A stretch of DNA of 64,000 bases from Dehalococcoidia bacterium (lineage in GTDB: Bacteria; Chloroflexota; Dehalococcoidia; Lucifugimonadales; UBA3495): assembly GCA_963665735.1 (NCBI GenBank), contig OY762444.1, positions 3,334,673 through 3,398,672 of the forward strand. The letters are read 5' to 3'. The notes below the pieces were generated by a model. It was not told the DNA's origin. It saw nothing but the letters and a program-made list of their open reading frames with translations, and made no database searches. A program made the translations under genes and the position numbers. The stretch's first letter is position 1. Each line of letters starts with the position of its first letter. Shown piece after piece: positions 43,945 through 52,975 of this stretch.

Positions 43945-45285
43945 TTGGCCCTGACGATAGAACTTCCCCAAGTCGGCGAATCGGTGGTCGAAGGCACCAT
44001 CGGCAAGTGGTTGAAACAACCCGGCGACCAGGTGCAGCGGTATGACCCCCTGGTGGAAGTGGTCACGGATAAAGTGACGATGGACTTGCCTTCGCCGGTG
44101 TCGGGCAAACTGCTGCGAATCCTGGCCCAGGAAGGCGAAACCGTCCCTATGGGCGCGCCCATCGCCGAGGTGGAAACCGCCGACGCCCCGGCTCCCGCCG
44201 GCGAAGTTCCATCCCCCGCCGCGCCTGCACCAGCCGGCGATCCAGCCCCATCCGCTCCGGCACGGCCTGCGGGAACCACCGGCTACCTGGTCAAGGACGT
44301 TAGCCCGGTAGGCCCCACCGGCGGCGGTCCCGGCGCCGAACCCGTCCACGAACCGCCGCAACCGGAAACATCCGCCGCTCCCCGCCTCTCCCCGGCGGTG
44401 CGCCGGCTGGCCCGGGAAAACAACATTGACCTGTCCCGAATAACCGGCACCGGCATGGGCGGCCGCATTACCCGCGATGACGTGATGCGGGTGATAGACG
44501 GCCAAGCGCCGCCGGCCCAACCGACCACCGTTGCCGAACCCCCACCGCCGGCCCCGGAGATTGCCCCGGCTCCCGCGCCGGCTGGCGACGACGAAGAGCA
44601 TCTGCCCTTGACCCCGGTGCGCCGGATGATTGCCGACGCCATGACCCGCAGCGTCTCCCAGATTCCCCACGCCTGGAGCGGCGTCGAAGTGGACGTTACC
44701 AACCTGGTGGCCCGCCGCAGCGCTATTAGGGCCGCTTTTCTGGAACGCGAGGGCGTGGAGTTGACCTACCTGCCCTTCGTTATCAAGACGGTGGTGGAAT
44801 CCCTCCGCGAAACCCCTACCATGAACGCCAGTTGGGGCGGCGACAAGATTATCCTCAAAAAGCGCATCAACATGGGTATCGCCGTCGCCGGGCCCGAGGG
44901 CCTGATTGTGCCGGTCATCCACGACGCCGACCGTTTGAGCATCGCCGGCCTGGCCCGCGCCGCCCGCGACCTGACCCTCCGCGCCCGGGAGCGAAAGCTG
45001 ACCCTGGACGACGTGCAGGGCGGCACCTTCACCCTGAACAACACCGGCGCCCTGGGTTCCACCACGTCCCAGCCCATCATCAACCACCCCCAGGCCGCTA
45101 TTCTCACCACCGAGGCCATTCAGAAGCGGCCTGTGGTCATCAACGACGCCATCGCCATCCGCTCCATGATGAACGTCTGCCTGTCCTTCGACCACCGCAT
45201 CAACGACGGCGCCGAAGCCGGCGCCTTCCTGCAATCGGTCAAGCGTCGGCTGGAATCCATTGACGGCGACACCCCGATTTACTGA
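43945..45285 (+). CDS. Dihydrolipoamide acyltransferase (E2) of a 2-oxoacid dehydrogenase complex
   Basis: Has a lipoyl domain (VVTDKVTMDLPSP), a subunit-binding domain (SPAVRRLARENNIDLSRITGTG) and the catalytic motif SFDHRINDGA. TTG start. Confidence 0.92.
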   Translation: MALTIELPQVGESVVEGTIGKWLKQPGDQVQRYDPLVEVVTDKVTMDLPSPVSGKLLRILAQEGETVPMGAPIAEVETADAPAPAGEVPSPAAPAPAGDPAPSAPARPAGTTGYLVKDVSPVGPTGGGPGAEPVHEPPQPETSAAPRLSPAVRRLARENNIDLSRITGTGMGGRITRDDVMRVIDGQAPPAQPTTVAEPPPPAPEIAPAPAPAGDDEEHLPLTPVRRMIADAMTRSVSQIPHAWSGVEVDVTNLVARRSAIRAAFLEREGVELTYLPFVIKTVVESLRETPTMNASWGGDKIILKKRINMGIAVAGPEGLIVPVIHDADRLSIAGLARAARDLTLRARERKLTLDDVQGGTFTLNNTGALGSTTSQPIINHPQAAILTTEAIQKRPVVINDAIAIRSMMNVCLSFDHRINDGAEAGAFLQSVKRRLESIDGDTPIY

Positions 45286-45298
45286 CCCATCAATACGA

Positions 45299-45982
45299 AT
45301 GACGGGCGGTATCTGCCAAGTCATGTCCCTGGGCCGCGTTGAGTACCGGCAGGCTTGGGACTACCAGGCTGCGCTGGCCCAGGCCGTAGCCGACGGCACT
45401 CGCCCCAACGCCCTGCTATTCCTGGAACATCCCCACGTTTACACCTGCGGGCGTTTGAGCCAGGACGGTCACGTCAAACTGACCCCGGAAGAGTTGCGGC
45501 AACAAGGCATTGCGCTGGTGGAGACTGACCGAGGCGGACAAGTCACCTACCACGGGCCGGGGCAATTGGTGGCCTACCCGGTGGTGAACCTCAAAGGCTG
45601 GGGCGGCCCCCTCCAATATGTGCGGACGCTGGAACAGGTAATAGTCAAGACCCTGGCCGATTTCGGAATATCCGCCCGCCTTAACCCCGGGCTGACCGGC
45701 GTATGGGTGGACGACGCGAAAATCGCCGCCATCGGCGTCAAAATCAGCCGCGGCGTCGCCTACCACGGCTTTGCCGTTAACGTAAACGCCGACTTGAGCT
45801 ATTTCGCCAACATCGTCCCCTGCGGCATCAGCAACCTGGAAGTAACCTCCATCCAACAACTGCTGGGCCGCCAAGTAGCGTTGGAAGAAGTAGCTGAACG
45901 CGCCGCCCACCACTTCGGGGAGGAGATGGGCCTGGAGATGGAAGGAATACCCTGCTATCCTCCCGCCGCTTCCAGCGTGTAG
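45299..45982 (+). CDS. lipB: Lipoyl(octanoyl) transferase LipB
   Basis: Contains LLFLEHPHVYTCGR, RGGQVTYHGPGQLVAYP and AAIGVKISRGVAYHGFAVNV. Confidence 0.9.
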   Translation: MTGGICQVMSLGRVEYRQAWDYQAALAQAVADGTRPNALLFLEHPHVYTCGRLSQDGHVKLTPEELRQQGIALVETDRGGQVTYHGPGQLVAYPVVNLKGWGGPLQYVRTLEQVIVKTLADFGISARLNPGLTGVWVDDAKIAAIGVKISRGVAYHGFAVNVNADLSYFANIVPCGISNLEVTSIQQLLGRQVALEEVAERAAHHFGEEMGLEMEGIPCYPPAASSV

Positions 45983-46392
45983 TCCGCGTGGCGAACCGTG
46001 AAATCCAGCCGGGCGGTGGAAGGGTCGTATTCCATGAACCAGTTGTTGACCACATTCCGCCCCAGAATAGACGGCAGCCCCTGGGTGTTGGCGTAAGGAC
46101 TTGCGATAAGAACGCTGACCATGTAACCCCTGGTGCGCGATTCGTCGGCAAAGGTCAACAACGCGGTTTCACGAAAATACGTTGACCTCCCGCCGATTCC
46201 CCTCGTTAACATTCTGTTCCCGAGAGCATCAAACGGAATCCCCAGCGATCCGGCATCGTCGGAATGGAGGCAAGTGTTGCCCGCCCCGGTATCCAGCAGA
46301 AAAAGCGCCCGGCCTCCCAAGTGCAACCGGGGAAAGTTAACGTAGCAATCCACGAATGGCCGCCCCAGGTCATCGAACTCGCCCCGAATCAC
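45955..46392 (-). CDS. Retropepsin-like (clan AA) aspartic protease domain protein
   Basis: 145 aa containing ALFLLDTGAGNTCL (the D-T-G-A catalytic motif) and LGRNVV near the C-terminus. It overlaps the upstream gene by 4 nt and the convergent lipB end by 28 nt. Confidence 0.7.
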   Translation of the reverse strand: MIRGEFDDLGRPFVDCYVNFPRLHLGGRALFLLDTGAGNTCLHSDDAGSLGIPFDALGNRMLTRGIGGRSTYFRETALLTFADESRTRGYMVSVLIASPYANTQGLPSILGRNVVNNWFMEYDPSTARLDFTVRHADYTLEAAGG

Positions 46393-46700
46393 AGAATCAG
46401 CTCGGGCGGGTCAGTGTCCATGAATTCCACCACGACTTTTTTCCGTAATCCCCGGTTCTCGGCTTCTTCCAGAACGGCATCCATCGAGTCTCCGACGGCA
46501 ACCACTCCATCGAGGCCCATAGCCACCCACTTGTCCGGGTACTTGTGCAGCAGAGAGGGTTTCTCCCGCCAAAGACGGTCCACCATCTGTCGAAATTCCC
46601 TCAGACCTTCGTTAATCGCGGCCGGCCCGCCCGCTTCCTCGATAATCTTCATAACCTCCGCTTCACTCAACAGAGGTTCCGAGTCGTTGTGTGGACTCAT
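46389..46700 (-). CDS. Small protein with a DUF5678-like C-terminal module (HKYPDKWVAMGLDGVVAVGDSMDAVLEEAENRG)
   Basis: I prefer ATG 46700, which is preceded by GGGAGAG. The family assignment is from memory of the K-Y-x-x-K-W-V-A...G-x-V-V-A motif. Confidence 0.55.
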   Translation of the reverse strand: MSPHNDSEPLLSEAEVMKIIEEAGGPAAINEGLREFRQMVDRLWREKPSLLHKYPDKWVAMGLDGVVAVGDSMDAVLEEAENRGLRKKVVVEFMDTDPPELIL

Positions 46701-46802
46701 CAATGCTCTCCCTTGCCGCCGGAAAATTTGCGGGTTGTTGAACTGGTATATGCGATCATAGCACCAAATCGTTGTTTGTCGGCGCATAAACAGGAGTCAC
46801 CC

Positions 46803-47372
46803 ATGGCAACAAAAGACGTAGAGGACGCAATCCGTCACGTGAGAAGGGTTATAGCGGATAGCTGGAACTTGGCATCCGGCAACGAAACCCGCACCCGCTA
46901 TATGCTGATTGACCCCATAATCGCTTCCTTGGGGTGGGATACCACCGACCCCATTGAGTGCATAGTCGAATACGAACGCGGGCAACAAAGTCGGGTTGAT
47001 TATGCACTATTCGACGGTAACGCCGAACTTGTGGTACTCATCGAAGCGAAAAGCGTGGGGAATTTGCCCTTTGTCCCACGCGACGAAAGACACCGAGATT
47101 ATTGGAGAGGGAGTTATAAATCCCTTCCCGAATACCTAATGGCTTCAACGCGTCCTGATAGACGTTACGAAGTTCAGCTTAGAGACTATGCCCGAGGTTT
47201 CAACCGAGGCATCGGTGTGCTTACTGATGGTGAATCGTGGAATTTGTACGACCTCGAAAAGACGGGCAGGATTGACAGGAAGCGATTCGCCTACGTTGAC
47301 GTGGATGAAGGAAACTTGAGGGATGCAGCACGCACATTACATCAATGGCTACGCAAGGAACGATGGTGGTAA
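46803..47372 (+). CDS. Stand-alone HsdR_N-type PD-(D/E)xK nuclease-fold protein
   Basis: Sequence is MATKDVEDAI...NETRTRYMLIDPIIASLGW...SRVDYALFDGNAELVVLIEAKSVG. AGGAG lies 6 nt before the ATG. About 53% GC. Confidence 0.65.
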   Translation: MATKDVEDAIRHVRRVIADSWNLASGNETRTRYMLIDPIIASLGWDTTDPIECIVEYERGQQSRVDYALFDGNAELVVLIEAKSVGNLPFVPRDERHRDYWRGSYKSLPEYLMASTRPDRRYEVQLRDYARGFNRGIGVLTDGESWNLYDLEKTGRIDRKRFAYVDVDEGNLRDAARTLHQWLRKERWW

Positions 47373-47393
47373 GCTACCAAAAAGGACGTTTCA

Positions 47394-47723
47394 ATGCCCT
47401 ACGATGAAACGCTGGCCCGGCGTGTCCAACAAGTCTTGACGACCCAACCCGGCGTGGTGGAAAGGAAAATGTTCGGTGGGCTGGCCTTCATGCTCAACGG
47501 CAACATGGCCGTGGGCATCCTCAACGACCGGCTTATGGTTCGCGTCGGGAAAGACGCCTACAACGACGCCCTTTCCCTCCCCCATTGTCGTCCGATGGAC
47601 TTTACCGGACGCTCCATGCGCGGTTTCGTCATGGTTGACCCAGCGGGAATCGCCGCCGAACCAGAATTGTCGGCATGGGTGCATCGGGGCCTCGACTTCG
47701 CCTCAACGCTGCCCGCAAAGTAA
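47394..47723 (+). CDS. TfoX N-terminal domain protein
   Basis: 109 aa containing ERKMFGGLAFMLNGNMAVGI...LMVRV. Confidence 0.7.
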   Translation: MPYDETLARRVQQVLTTQPGVVERKMFGGLAFMLNGNMAVGILNDRLMVRVGKDAYNDALSLPHCRPMDFTGRSMRGFVMVDPAGIAAEPELSAWVHRGLDFASTLPAK

Positions 47724-47781
47724 CCCCCGCGCCGACGCTTTTGCGTTCCCGGAGCGGCTTACGCTACCGCCAATCTCCCGA

Positions 47782-48912
47782 TTACGGTTGCCCCACCAGT
47801 TCCGACAAGGTTTCCTCCACCAGTTCCCAAGGCACGTCCTGGCGCACCACCGCCCGGCCCACTTCCTCCAGCAACACCCAGCGATTGGTTCCCGACTGGA
47901 CTTTCTTGTCCAGCGACATGGCCTCCCGTATCTGCTCCACCGACACACCCGCCGCCGTGGTGGGCAGCCGGAACCGTTGCAAAATCTCCCGCTGGCGTTC
48001 CACCAACTCCGCCGGAATCATCCCCAAACTCTGCGCTATCCGGCCGGCTCCCATCATCCCGATGGACACCCCTTCGCCGTGCATGAACCGCCCGTACTCG
48101 GTGGACGATTCCAGGGCGTGGCCGATGGTATGTCCGTAATTCAGCAGAATGCGGATTCCCAGCGTCTCCCGCTCGTCCTGGCTGACCACCTCCGCCTTGA
48201 TAGCCATGCTGCGCCGGATGACCTCGGTGGAAATCTCCGGCTCAACTTCCATCAACGCCTCGGCGTGTTCCTCGAACAAGTCCAGCAAATCGGCGTCCAG
48301 AATCAGCCCGTGCTTGATTGCCTCGGCCCAGCCCTCCGACAACTCCCGCTTGCCCAGGGTGGACAGGGCTTGCACGTCGGCCAGTACCGCCTGGGGCTGG
48401 TAGAAGGCCCCAACCAGGTTCTTGGCCTGGGGCAGGTTCACCGCCACCTTGCCGCCGATGGATGCGTCCACCATCGCCGCCATGCTGGTAGGCACCTGCA
48501 CGAAGGGGACACCCCGCAAGAACGTGGCCGCCACGAACCCGGCCAGGTCGCCCACCACGCCGCCGCCCACGGCGATGATGGCCTGCCCCCGTTCCGCTTT
48601 CAGACCGACCAGCCATTCATAGATGTGCTGGGCCAACCCGAAGGTCTTGCTGGGTTCGCCCGGCGGGATGATAAAGCAGTGGGCGGCAATTCCGGCCCGC
48701 TGCAAGGCCCATTGAGCGTTGCGACCGTAGGGCCGCATCACGTTATCGTCGGTGATGATATAGACCGGCCCCTTGATGCCCAAATCGGCCAGCCGCTCCC
48801 CCAGCCGGTCAATCAACCCCCAACCGGCCTCCACCGGATAGCTCCCCCCGGAATGATAGACGGTAGCCGCCAAGTCTGCGTTGGTCATTTTGGTCATTGA
48901 TGAGTCGGTCAT
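47782..48912 (-). CDS. aroB: 3-dehydroquinate synthase
   Basis: Contains IAVGGGVVGDLAGFVAATFLRGVPFVQVPTS, LNYGHTIGHALE and HGEGVSIGM. Confidence 0.92.
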   Translation of the reverse strand: MTDSSMTKMTNADLAATVYHSGGSYPVEAGWGLIDRLGERLADLGIKGPVYIITDDNVMRPYGRNAQWALQRAGIAAHCFIIPPGEPSKTFGLAQHIYEWLVGLKAERGQAIIAVGGGVVGDLAGFVAATFLRGVPFVQVPTSMAAMVDASIGGKVAVNLPQAKNLVGAFYQPQAVLADVQALSTLGKRELSEGWAEAIKHGLILDADLLDLFEEHAEALMEVEPEISTEVIRRSMAIKAEVVSQDERETLGIRILLNYGHTIGHALESSTEYGRFMHGEGVSIGMMGAGRIAQSLGMIPAELVERQREILQRFRLPTTAAGVSVEQIREAMSLDKKVQSGTNRWVLLEEVGRAVVRQDVPWELVEETLSELVGQP

Positions 48913-48954
48913 TGTTTACTCCCCTAACGGATTTGGGATTAACGGTCACGCCGG

Positions 48955-49254
48955 TCAACCGGGCGCCGGAGGCTGGATTTCGTTCAGGTTCAAGAACTCT
49001 ACAAACGTCCATTCCAAGGAATCATCATCGGAACAAGTGCAGAAGTCTTCATGGTCGCACAGTACCAGGTAACAGGCATGAGTGAACCCTTCGCTTGAAC
49101 GGTCGCCGGGAATGGGAATATCCACCCAATCGGGGGTTTTCAACATTACCTTATCGGCCAAGCCGGCGTTTTCGATAACCCATTGGCGCGAGGCGCGTTC
49201 CGGCAGACCATAATCCCCTGCCCGGTCGCGAGGAAACTTTCCCAGCATCGTCAC
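48955..49254 (-). CDS. Hypothetical protein wedged between aroK and aroB
   Basis: 99 aa with no motif I recognise. It lies in a lower-GC patch. Confidence 0.45.
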   Translation of the reverse strand: MTMLGKFPRDRAGDYGLPERASRQWVIENAGLADKVMLKTPDWVDIPIPGDRSSEGFTHACYLVLCDHEDFCTCSDDDSLEWTFVEFLNLNEIQPPAPG

Positions 49255-49303
49255 ATCCTTTCCATCCTGCTAGACACCCCAACGACATCGGCCAAGATAT
49301 GCC

Positions 49304-49861
49304 CTATTCCCGACCATCCAAACCGGCGAATGACCCCTTTGGAATACAATCCAGCGCCTCCCCCGCCACTTCCCCCGGCGTCAACCCGTCGGTTTTGACC
49401 GTGTAGTGGGCCTCGCCGTAGGCGGCGGCGCGTTCTTCCAGCAGCGACCGGATGCGTCCCAACGGGTCATCCACCGCCAACAGCGGTCTTACCGCCGCGT
49501 CGCCGTCCTGCTCAACGATGCGCCGGTAAATCGTCTCCGGCTCAGCGGCCAGGCAAACCACCAAGCCCCGGCCCAGCATCATCCGCCGGTTGGATGCGTC
49601 CACGAAAGCCCCGCCGCCGGCGGCTATTATCTGCCCACGTCCCGCGCAAAGCCCGGCAATGACCTGCCGTTCCAGTTGGCGGAACGCATCTTCCCCGTCC
49701 ACAGCGAAGATGCGTTCAATCGGCTTGCCGGCCCGCCGCACAATCTCATCGTCGGCGTCCACCAGCGGCCAACCTGTCTTGTCGGCCAGGGCCGCCCCCA
49801 CCCGGCTCTTGCCGGTAGCCATGAATCCCACCAGGATAATGTTGTCGGGTTGAACCGTCAT
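49304..49861 (-). CDS. aroK: Shikimate kinase
   Basis: Sequence is MTVQPDNIILVGFMATGKSRVG...DADD...GGGA. I place the start at ATG 49861. Confidence 0.88.
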   Translation of the reverse strand: MTVQPDNIILVGFMATGKSRVGAALADKTGWPLVDADDEIVRRAGKPIERIFAVDGEDAFRQLERQVIAGLCAGRGQIIAAGGGAFVDASNRRMMLGRGLVVCLAAEPETIYRRIVEQDGDAAVRPLLAVDDPLGRIRSLLEERAAAYGEAHYTVKTDGLTPGEVAGEALDCIPKGSFAGLDGRE

Positions 49862-49903
49862 TGCTTGACACTGGCCTCGGCCCATTTGGCGCGCGTCCAG
49901 ACC

Positions 49904-50725
49904 CTAATCCGGGGGCAGTTGGGTCAGGTGCATCCGGCTGCTCATGGTGGTTTCGGTGTCGAAGTAAAGCACCTGCTGGCCTACCGAGTTGGTGTTGGGA
50001 CTGTCGGCCACGAACCGCAAACCCCGATTGCAGCAGTCGTCAATGCCGGCCCCAATGTCCCCCACCACGTAGCCCACGTGGTCCATGCTGTACCGCCCCT
50101 CCAACGCCGCCGGGTCGCCGGGTTCGATAAGCTCCACCTGGGCCTGGCCGAAATTCACGAAGGCGTTGCGGCCCCCGGCCCGGGAAGGCCCGCCGCCGAT
50201 ATGCGCCCCTTCAAAGTTCTGCTGATACCACCCGACCGCCTCCTCCAGGTTAGGCACCAGGTAGCCGGCATGGACAATCTTGGCAACGTCCACCCCGGCG
50301 CCAACTCCCACGGCGCTCGGTTCCGCCGCCGGCTGGGTCAGGTGAATCAATACCCCGTTGGTGGTGGCCGGGTCGAAGTAAAGCACCCCCTGGCCCATCA
50401 CGTTGGTAAAGGCCCGCTCCGCCGCGAACCGGAACCCCCGCGCCTCCAGTTCTGCTTGAGCCTGGTCAACGTCGGACACGATGTAGGCGACGTGGTGCAT
50501 CACCAACCCGTCCGCTGGCAGCCCCGCTTTATCGTTGGGTTCAATCAACTCCGCCTCCACCTGTCCGAAATGGACGAAGGCGTTGCGGCCCCCGCTGGGC
50601 ACCGCCACGGTAGGGTTGATGTTGCCGCCGCCGGCGTTTTCGGCCCCGAAGGAACTTCCGAACCAGGCAACGGCGGCGTCCAGGTCGGACACCAAATAAC
50701 CGATGTGCTGTATTCCCTCAAACAT
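49904..50725 (-). CDS. VOC (glyoxalase/bleomycin-resistance/dioxygenase) family protein with two tandem domains
   Basis: The two halves are MFEGIQHIGYLVSDLDAAVAWF...ELIEP and IVHAGYLVPNLEEAVGWY...ELIEP. I prefer the ATG at 50725, because the longer ORF runs into repeats. Confidence 0.8.
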   Translation of the reverse strand: MFEGIQHIGYLVSDLDAAVAWFGSSFGAENAGGGNINPTVAVPSGGRNAFVHFGQVEAELIEPNDKAGLPADGLVMHHVAYIVSDVDQAQAELEARGFRFAAERAFTNVMGQGVLYFDPATTNGVLIHLTQPAAEPSAVGVGAGVDVAKIVHAGYLVPNLEEAVGWYQQNFEGAHIGGGPSRAGGRNAFVNFGQAQVELIEPGDPAALEGRYSMDHVGYVVGDIGAGIDDCCNRGLRFVADSPNTNSVGQQVLYFDTETTMSSRMHLTQLPPD

Positions 50726-50865
50726 ATCAACTCCCACCGCAAATCTTGGCCCCTTGCCGCGCAAGCAATTATGCCACAAAACCCGCCCCAAGGCCCACGA
50801 CAATTCTTGAACCAGGGCAACCGCACGATGAATCGTCTTAGCAAACTTGCCCTGTCCTCCGGGAT

Positions 50866-51006
50866 GTAATTCTGAGCGCAGCGAAGAATCCAAAATTCTT
50901 GCCCGAAGCCAACCCCCGCCTTGCCCGAAGGATTTTAGACCCTTCACTTCGTTCAGGGTGACATGGAGGTCGTTCAGGGTGACATGAGGGGTGTTCAGGG
51001 TGAATT
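50866..51006. repeat. Family-B element (50866-50964) plus two extra partial copies of its gttcagggtga(c/a)at end
   Basis: Sequence is gtaattctgagcgcagcgaagaatccaaaattc...ggattttagacccttcacttcgttcagggtgacat ggaggtcgttcagggtgacat gaggggtgttcagggtgaat. Confidence 0.8.
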
Positions 51007-51020
51007 GAAGGTGGCCCCTG

Positions 51021-51080
51021 CCGTCATTCCCACGATAATCCCCTCCCCATACCAGGGGGAGGGTTAGGGTGGGGATGGAA
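51021..51080. repeat. Family-A TIR stub (ccgtcattcc) plus family-D hairpin CCCTCCCC-atacca-GGGGAGGG
   Basis: Read directly. Confidence 0.55.
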
Positions 51081-51132
51081 CGGCTACCCTTTACATCCTG
51101 CTCAATGATGGACTAGCCCCAACCCCCCAACC

Positions 51133-51162
51133 TTGTTTTGCCCTATTCCCCAAGACTATAAT
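51133..51162 (+). promoter_or_regulatory. Promoter-like TTGTTT-18 nt-TATAAT upstream of ilvD
   Basis: Sequence is cTTGTTTtgccctattccccaagacTATAATtcggg. AGGAGG follows 43 nt downstream. Confidence 0.45.
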
Positions 51163-51216
51163 TCGGGCCATTCCCCGTACCAATTCCCCATCCAACCCAA
51201 GTCTAGGAGGCTTCCC

Positions 51217-52917
51217 GTGGCCACCATCAACCGAGACCGCTCCCGCCTTCTGCGCATGAAACACCGCAGCAGCGACATTACCGAGGGGCCGGAACGCGCC
51301 CCCGCCCGCGCCATGCTCCTGGCGATGGGACTGACTCAGGACGACCTGGATCAACCCTTCGTCGCCATCGCCAACCTGGCCAGCGACGTTACCCCCTGCA
51401 ACGTCCACCTGGGCCGCTTCGCCGCCGCCGCCAAGGAAGGCGTCCGCCAGTCCGACGGCACCCCCTTCGAGTTCGGCACCATCACCGTCAGCGACGGCAT
51501 TTCTATGGGAACCGAAGGCATGAAGGCGTCCCTGGTCAGCCGGGAAGTCATCGCCGACTCCATCGAAGTCGTCACCTTCGGCGAGCGCATGGACGGACTG
51601 ATAACCGTTGCCGGCTGCGACAAGAATATGCCCGGCTGCATGATGGCTATTGCTCGCCTCAACGTCCCCTCCATCTTCATTTACGGCGGCACCATCATGC
51701 CCGGAATCTTCCAGGGCCGCGACGTGAACATCCAGGACGTTTTCGAGGCCGTCGGCGCCTACGCCAAGGGCAATATGTCTCTGGAAGACCTGCGCGAACT
51801 GGAATGTAACGCCTGCCCCGGCGAGGGTTCCTGCGCCGGCCTTTTCACCGCCAACACCATGTCCACCGCCATTGAGGTGATGGGTATGTCCCTCCCCGGC
51901 GACGCCTCCATTCCCGCCGTTGACCCTACCAAGGTTGATGAGGCCCGACGCGCCGGCGTCGCCCTGATGCGGCTCTTGGCCGAGGACGTGCGCCCCCGGG
52001 ACATTATGACCCGCCAGGCTTTTGAGAACGCCATAACTACCGTGGTGGCGATGGGCGGCTCCACCAACGCCGTCCTGCACCTGCTGGCCATCGCCCGCGA
52101 AGCCAACGTCGAGTTGAAGCTGGACGACTTCGACCGCATCAGCCGCAGCACCCCCTACATCGCCGATATGCGCCCCGGCGGGCATTACGTTATGGCCGAC
52201 CTGCACCGCCACGGCGGGGTGGCCCTCATCGCCAACCGCCTCTTGCGGGCCGGACTGCTCCACGGCGACGCCATGACCATCACCGGCAAGACCCTGCGGG
52301 AAAACATGGACGCCATGACCATCATTGACGACCAGGACATCATCTATTCCGCCGACGCCCCTCGCAGTCCTACCGGCGGGCTGGCCATCCTCTACGGCAA
52401 CCTGGCCCCCGAAGGCGCCGTAATCAAGGTTGCCGGACACCAGGAAAAGGTCTATCAAGGCCCGGCCCGCGTTTTCGAGCAGGAAGAACCGGCCTTCCGC
52501 GCCATCCAGGAAGGCCAAATTAACGAAGGCGATATAGTCATCATCCGCTACGAAGGGCCGATAGGCGGCCCCGGTATGCGGGAAATGCTGGCGGTTACCG
52601 GCGCCCTCATCGGCCAGGGATTGGGCGACTCGGTGGCCCTGGTTACTGATGGCCGCTTTTCCGGCGCCAGCCACGGCCCGATGGTCGGCCACGTCGCCCC
52701 CGAAGCCGCCGCCGGCGGCCCCATAGGATTATTGAATGAAGGCGACATCGTAACCCTGGACATTCCCAACCGCCGCCTCGACGCCCAGGTCACCGAGGAA
52801 GAACTGGCCCGCCGCCGCGCCAACTGGCGACCGTTGGAACCCCGCTACACCACCGGCGTCTTCGCCAAGTACGCCAAGCTGGTATCCTCCGCCGCCGAAG
52901 GCGCCGTCACCCGCTAG
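51217..52917 (+). CDS. ilvD: Dihydroxy-acid dehydratase
   Basis: Contains [46 protein letters not shown] and [12 protein letters not shown] 51217 sits 7 nt after AGGAGG. ATG 51256 ([11 protein letters not shown]) matches homolog N-termini better. Confidence 0.92.
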   Translation: MATINRDRSRLLRMKHRSSDITEGPERAPARAMLLAMGLTQDDLDQPFVAIANLASDVTPCNVHLGRFAAAAKEGVRQSDGTPFEFGTITVSDGISMGTEGMKASLVSREVIADSIEVVTFGERMDGLITVAGCDKNMPGCMMAIARLNVPSIFIYGGTIMPGIFQGRDVNIQDVFEAVGAYAKGNMSLEDLRELECNACPGEGSCAGLFTANTMSTAIEVMGMSLPGDASIPAVDPTKVDEARRAGVALMRLLAEDVRPRDIMTRQAFENAITTVVAMGGSTNAVLHLLAIAREANVELKLDDFDRISRSTPYIADMRPGGHYVMADLHRHGGVALIANRLLRAGLLHGDAMTITGKTLRENMDAMTIIDDQDIIYSADAPRSPTGGLAILYGNLAPEGAVIKVAGHQEKVYQGPARVFEQEEPAFRAIQEGQINEGDIVIIRYEGPIGGPGMREMLAVTGALIGQGLGDSVALVTDGRFSGASHGPMVGHVAPEAAAGGPIGLLNEGDIVTLDIPNRRLDAQVTEEELARRRANWRPLEPRYTTGVFAKYAKLVSSAAEGAVTR

Positions 52918-52975
52918 AGTGTCGCCGCCGGACGGTTGGAATCCTCCCGCACCAACCTATCAGTTGAGGGAAACT

